Assembly (NCBI RefSeq): GCF_001194135.2
Contig: NC_068997.1
Coordinates: forward strand, 26,747,598 to 26,810,895
Direction: 5' to 3'
DNA: 63,298 nucleotides
Source of the DNA: Octopus bimaculoides
Lineage: Eukaryota
The notes beneath the pieces were generated by a model. It did not search any database and was not told the DNA's origin. It saw only the letters and a list, made by a program, of their open reading frames with translations. The translations under genes were made by a program, and so were the position numbers. Positions 61,237-63,298 of the stretch are shown one piece after another. The first letter of the stretch is position 1, and each line of letters begins with the position of its first letter.

Positions 61237-62070
61237 GTATCCTTTTTGGCTTTTGTAAATTCCATCCTGAAATTTTACATCATCACATCTTACATCTTTT
61301 CAGAGGGTGTTGTTGTTGCTGTTGTGTGTATGCCTCCATGTAAGACCATTTCTTCAATGACTGTTTATCAGAGATATTCTGGTATTCAAACCGACCATTC
61401 CTGATATTTGCTGAAATGTTGGGTTTTGATGGTATGCAGAAACTCCACATTAAACCACAAAAAGAAGTTAAACTGCTAAAGTCAGTTATGTCTTTTGTCC
61501 TTCTAAGATCAATAAAATCAGGTACCACTCAAATACAGTAATTCAATTTAACCCTTTAACATTTAAACCGGCCATATCCGGCCAAAAGTATTCTGTCTGT
61601 TTTATGTTAGAACTGACCAGGTCTGGTCTCTCACACCAACCCTACAATATTGTTTTAAAAAGTAGCAGCTACCTCATCAAAATCTCATAGCTACAAGATA
61701 ATGCATGATTAGTTCAAAACAATGTGGATAAAAAAGCATCAATTTTGGCAGAATAATGCGAACACTAAAGGGTTAAATCAGCTATCACCCTCTCCCTAAT
61801 TTCTGGCCCTGTACTTTTGTTAAAAATTAGTGTTAGTGCAATGAAAAATGTACCCAGTACATTCATTGGCATTAGGAAGGGTCTCCTGCCATAGAAACCT
61901 CCCCAATGTGCACACAGGAGATCAACATAACCCTTAAGGTAATTGGATCCCGTCAAAACCGTCCAACCCCTGCTATCATGGAACACTGACATTAAACAAT
62001 GATGATGATGGATGTGCATCTGTATGTTTCTTTCTTGCTTTTTGTATTGCTTTTTCTTAACCACTCTCAG
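61237..62070 (+). other. U12-type (minor spliceosome) GT-AG intron
   Basis: 5' end GTATCCTTTT; branch-site-like TTTCTTAAC at 62053-62061, about 10 nt before the AG, with no long pyrimidine tract. Confidence 0.85.
61552..61772. mobile_element. piggyBac-like MITE inside the U12 intron
   Basis: TTAA|CCCTTTA ... TAAAGGG|TTAA; related copies near 2280-2550, 32130-32342, 39420-39600 and 55130-55330. Confidence 0.8.
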
Positions 62071-62198
62071 GTTTATTCGATATGAGACAGAGATTAATGC
62101 GACACACCTTCCAAGCCCATGAATCCCCAATCAAAAGTCTGGCCCTGGATCCAGAAGAGAGGTTCTTTGTGACAGGTTCTGCTGAAGGAGACATCAAG
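62071..62198 (+). CDS. DMXL2: DMXL exon (phase 1-0); last exon visible, terminal exon(s) beyond window
   Basis: actctcag / AAG-gtatga; CLFDMRQRLMRHTFQAHESPIKSLALDPEERFFVTGSAEGDIK. Confidence 0.96.
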
Positions 62199-63298
62199 GT
62201 ATGACATATGTACATATATTATATCATATTGTGGGTGCAGACATGGCTGTGTGGTGAACAAGCTTGCTTAACAACTACATGGCTTTGGGTTCAGTGGCAA
62301 CTTAGGCAAGTATTTTCTCTTATAACCCTGCGTTATCCAAAGTCTTATAAGGAGATTTGGTTGATGGAAACATGCACATATTCATTTGCATGTCCTTGTA
62401 CAGAAGATCCTGAGATAGAGAACCAGACAAAACAGCTTCTGATATTTGTTCAAAATATTTATGTTCTGAATTCAGAAACACTCTAAGACCAACTTTGCCC
62501 TCATCCTTTCAGGATCAATAAAATAAAGTACCAATTAAGTACTGGGGTTTGATAGAATTGACTATACCCTCTCCTCAAAATTACTGGCCTTGTACCTAAA
62601 CAAGAAACCATTATTATTATTATTAAGGCAGTGAGCTGGCTGAATCACTAGGCTGTTAGGCCAAATACTTAGCGGTATTTCATCTGTCTTTACGTTCTGA
62701 GTTCAAATTCTGTTGAGGTCAACTTTGCCTTTCATCCTTTTGAGCTCGATAAAATAAATACCAATGAAACACTGGGATCAATGTAATTGACTAGTCCCCT
62801 CCCGCAAAATTTCAGGCCTTGTACCTTTAGTAGAAAGGATTATTATTAAGAATGCAATGAGTTGGCAGAATTGGTAACGTACTGGAAAAAGATCTCCGGC
62901 TCTTTATGCTCTTCTTTCAAATTCTTCTAAGGTCAACTTTACCTTTCATTTATTTTTTTTGAGAGTCAAAATAAATACCAGTTGAGCTCTGGAGTTGATG
63001 TTATCGACTTAGCCCTCCCTGAAAATTATTGGTTTATTCCAAACTTTGAAACCGTTGTTTTATTGTGAAGATCACTCCACATGCCTTCCTTTGGGCAAGA
63101 ACGACAAGCACTTTTCGTCTCTGGCTGGTGGTCATGGCAAAAGAGGTTGTGTGGAGGGCAAGACTGGAAGGATTGATGACAAACACTTCCTCTTTGGCTG
63201 AGACTTTTTTAGAATTCCATTTGAAAATGAAGGTGAGGATTAAAAGGGAGGTGCTGCCATCCAGTAGATTTGTTGAAAGACAGGCAAATGTGACAAGG

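Larger units (their letters stand above)
5014..62198 (+). other. DMXL2: Partial multi-exon gene: Rabconnectin-3 alpha / DmX-like protein (DMXL1/DMXL2 orthologue; WD40 + Rav1p_C, V-ATPase assembly scaffold); 5' and 3' ends outside window
   Basis: 37 exons join in frame and give colinear DMXL motifs (HPRAVTGFSWRKTS, WLNNKE, HLSSASIYPACLAPY, LDWVSTEDGSHILTVGVG, WRKAALKNAFALLG, ELRTLATGFEVDGG, NVCLWDTL, TGSAEGDIK); the window cannot separate DMXL1 from DMXL2 orthology. Confidence 0.97.

Overview
AT-rich, microsatellite- and SINE-dense eukaryotic genomic DNA with several N gaps. The repeat landscape looks like a coleoid cephalopod, probably Octopus (inference). The window lies inside one large + strand gene, the Rabconnectin-3 alpha / DmX-like (DMXL1/DMXL2) orthologue. 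I traced 37 coding exons from 5014 to 62198 by hand, all with GT-AG ends and matching phases. Two more exons are required by phase and probably lie in the N gaps at 5453-6032 and 37085-37503. The start and stop exons are outside the window. Most notable observations: (1) a U12-type minor-spliceosome intron at 61237-62070; (2) up to five frame-preserving phase-0 cassette or micro-exon candidates in the 16-kb intron just before the C-terminal WD40 block, best supported at 49722-49805, plus a 69-nt cassette candidate at 30387-30455; (3) a minimal Penelope-type hammerhead ribozyme motif on the minus strand at 54147-54208, inside a 46-bp inverted repeat; (4) three long fold-back hairpins within about 2 kb, one a near-perfect palindrome with 107-bp arms made from a SINE; (5) relics of Tc1, mariner, pogo-like, hAT-like and piggyBac-like elements and RTE LINEs; (6) a strand switch in one SINE family along the gene. 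Homology calls rest on my recall of the protein families, and no searches were run. Almost all other entries in the ORF track are repeat or gap artefacts.
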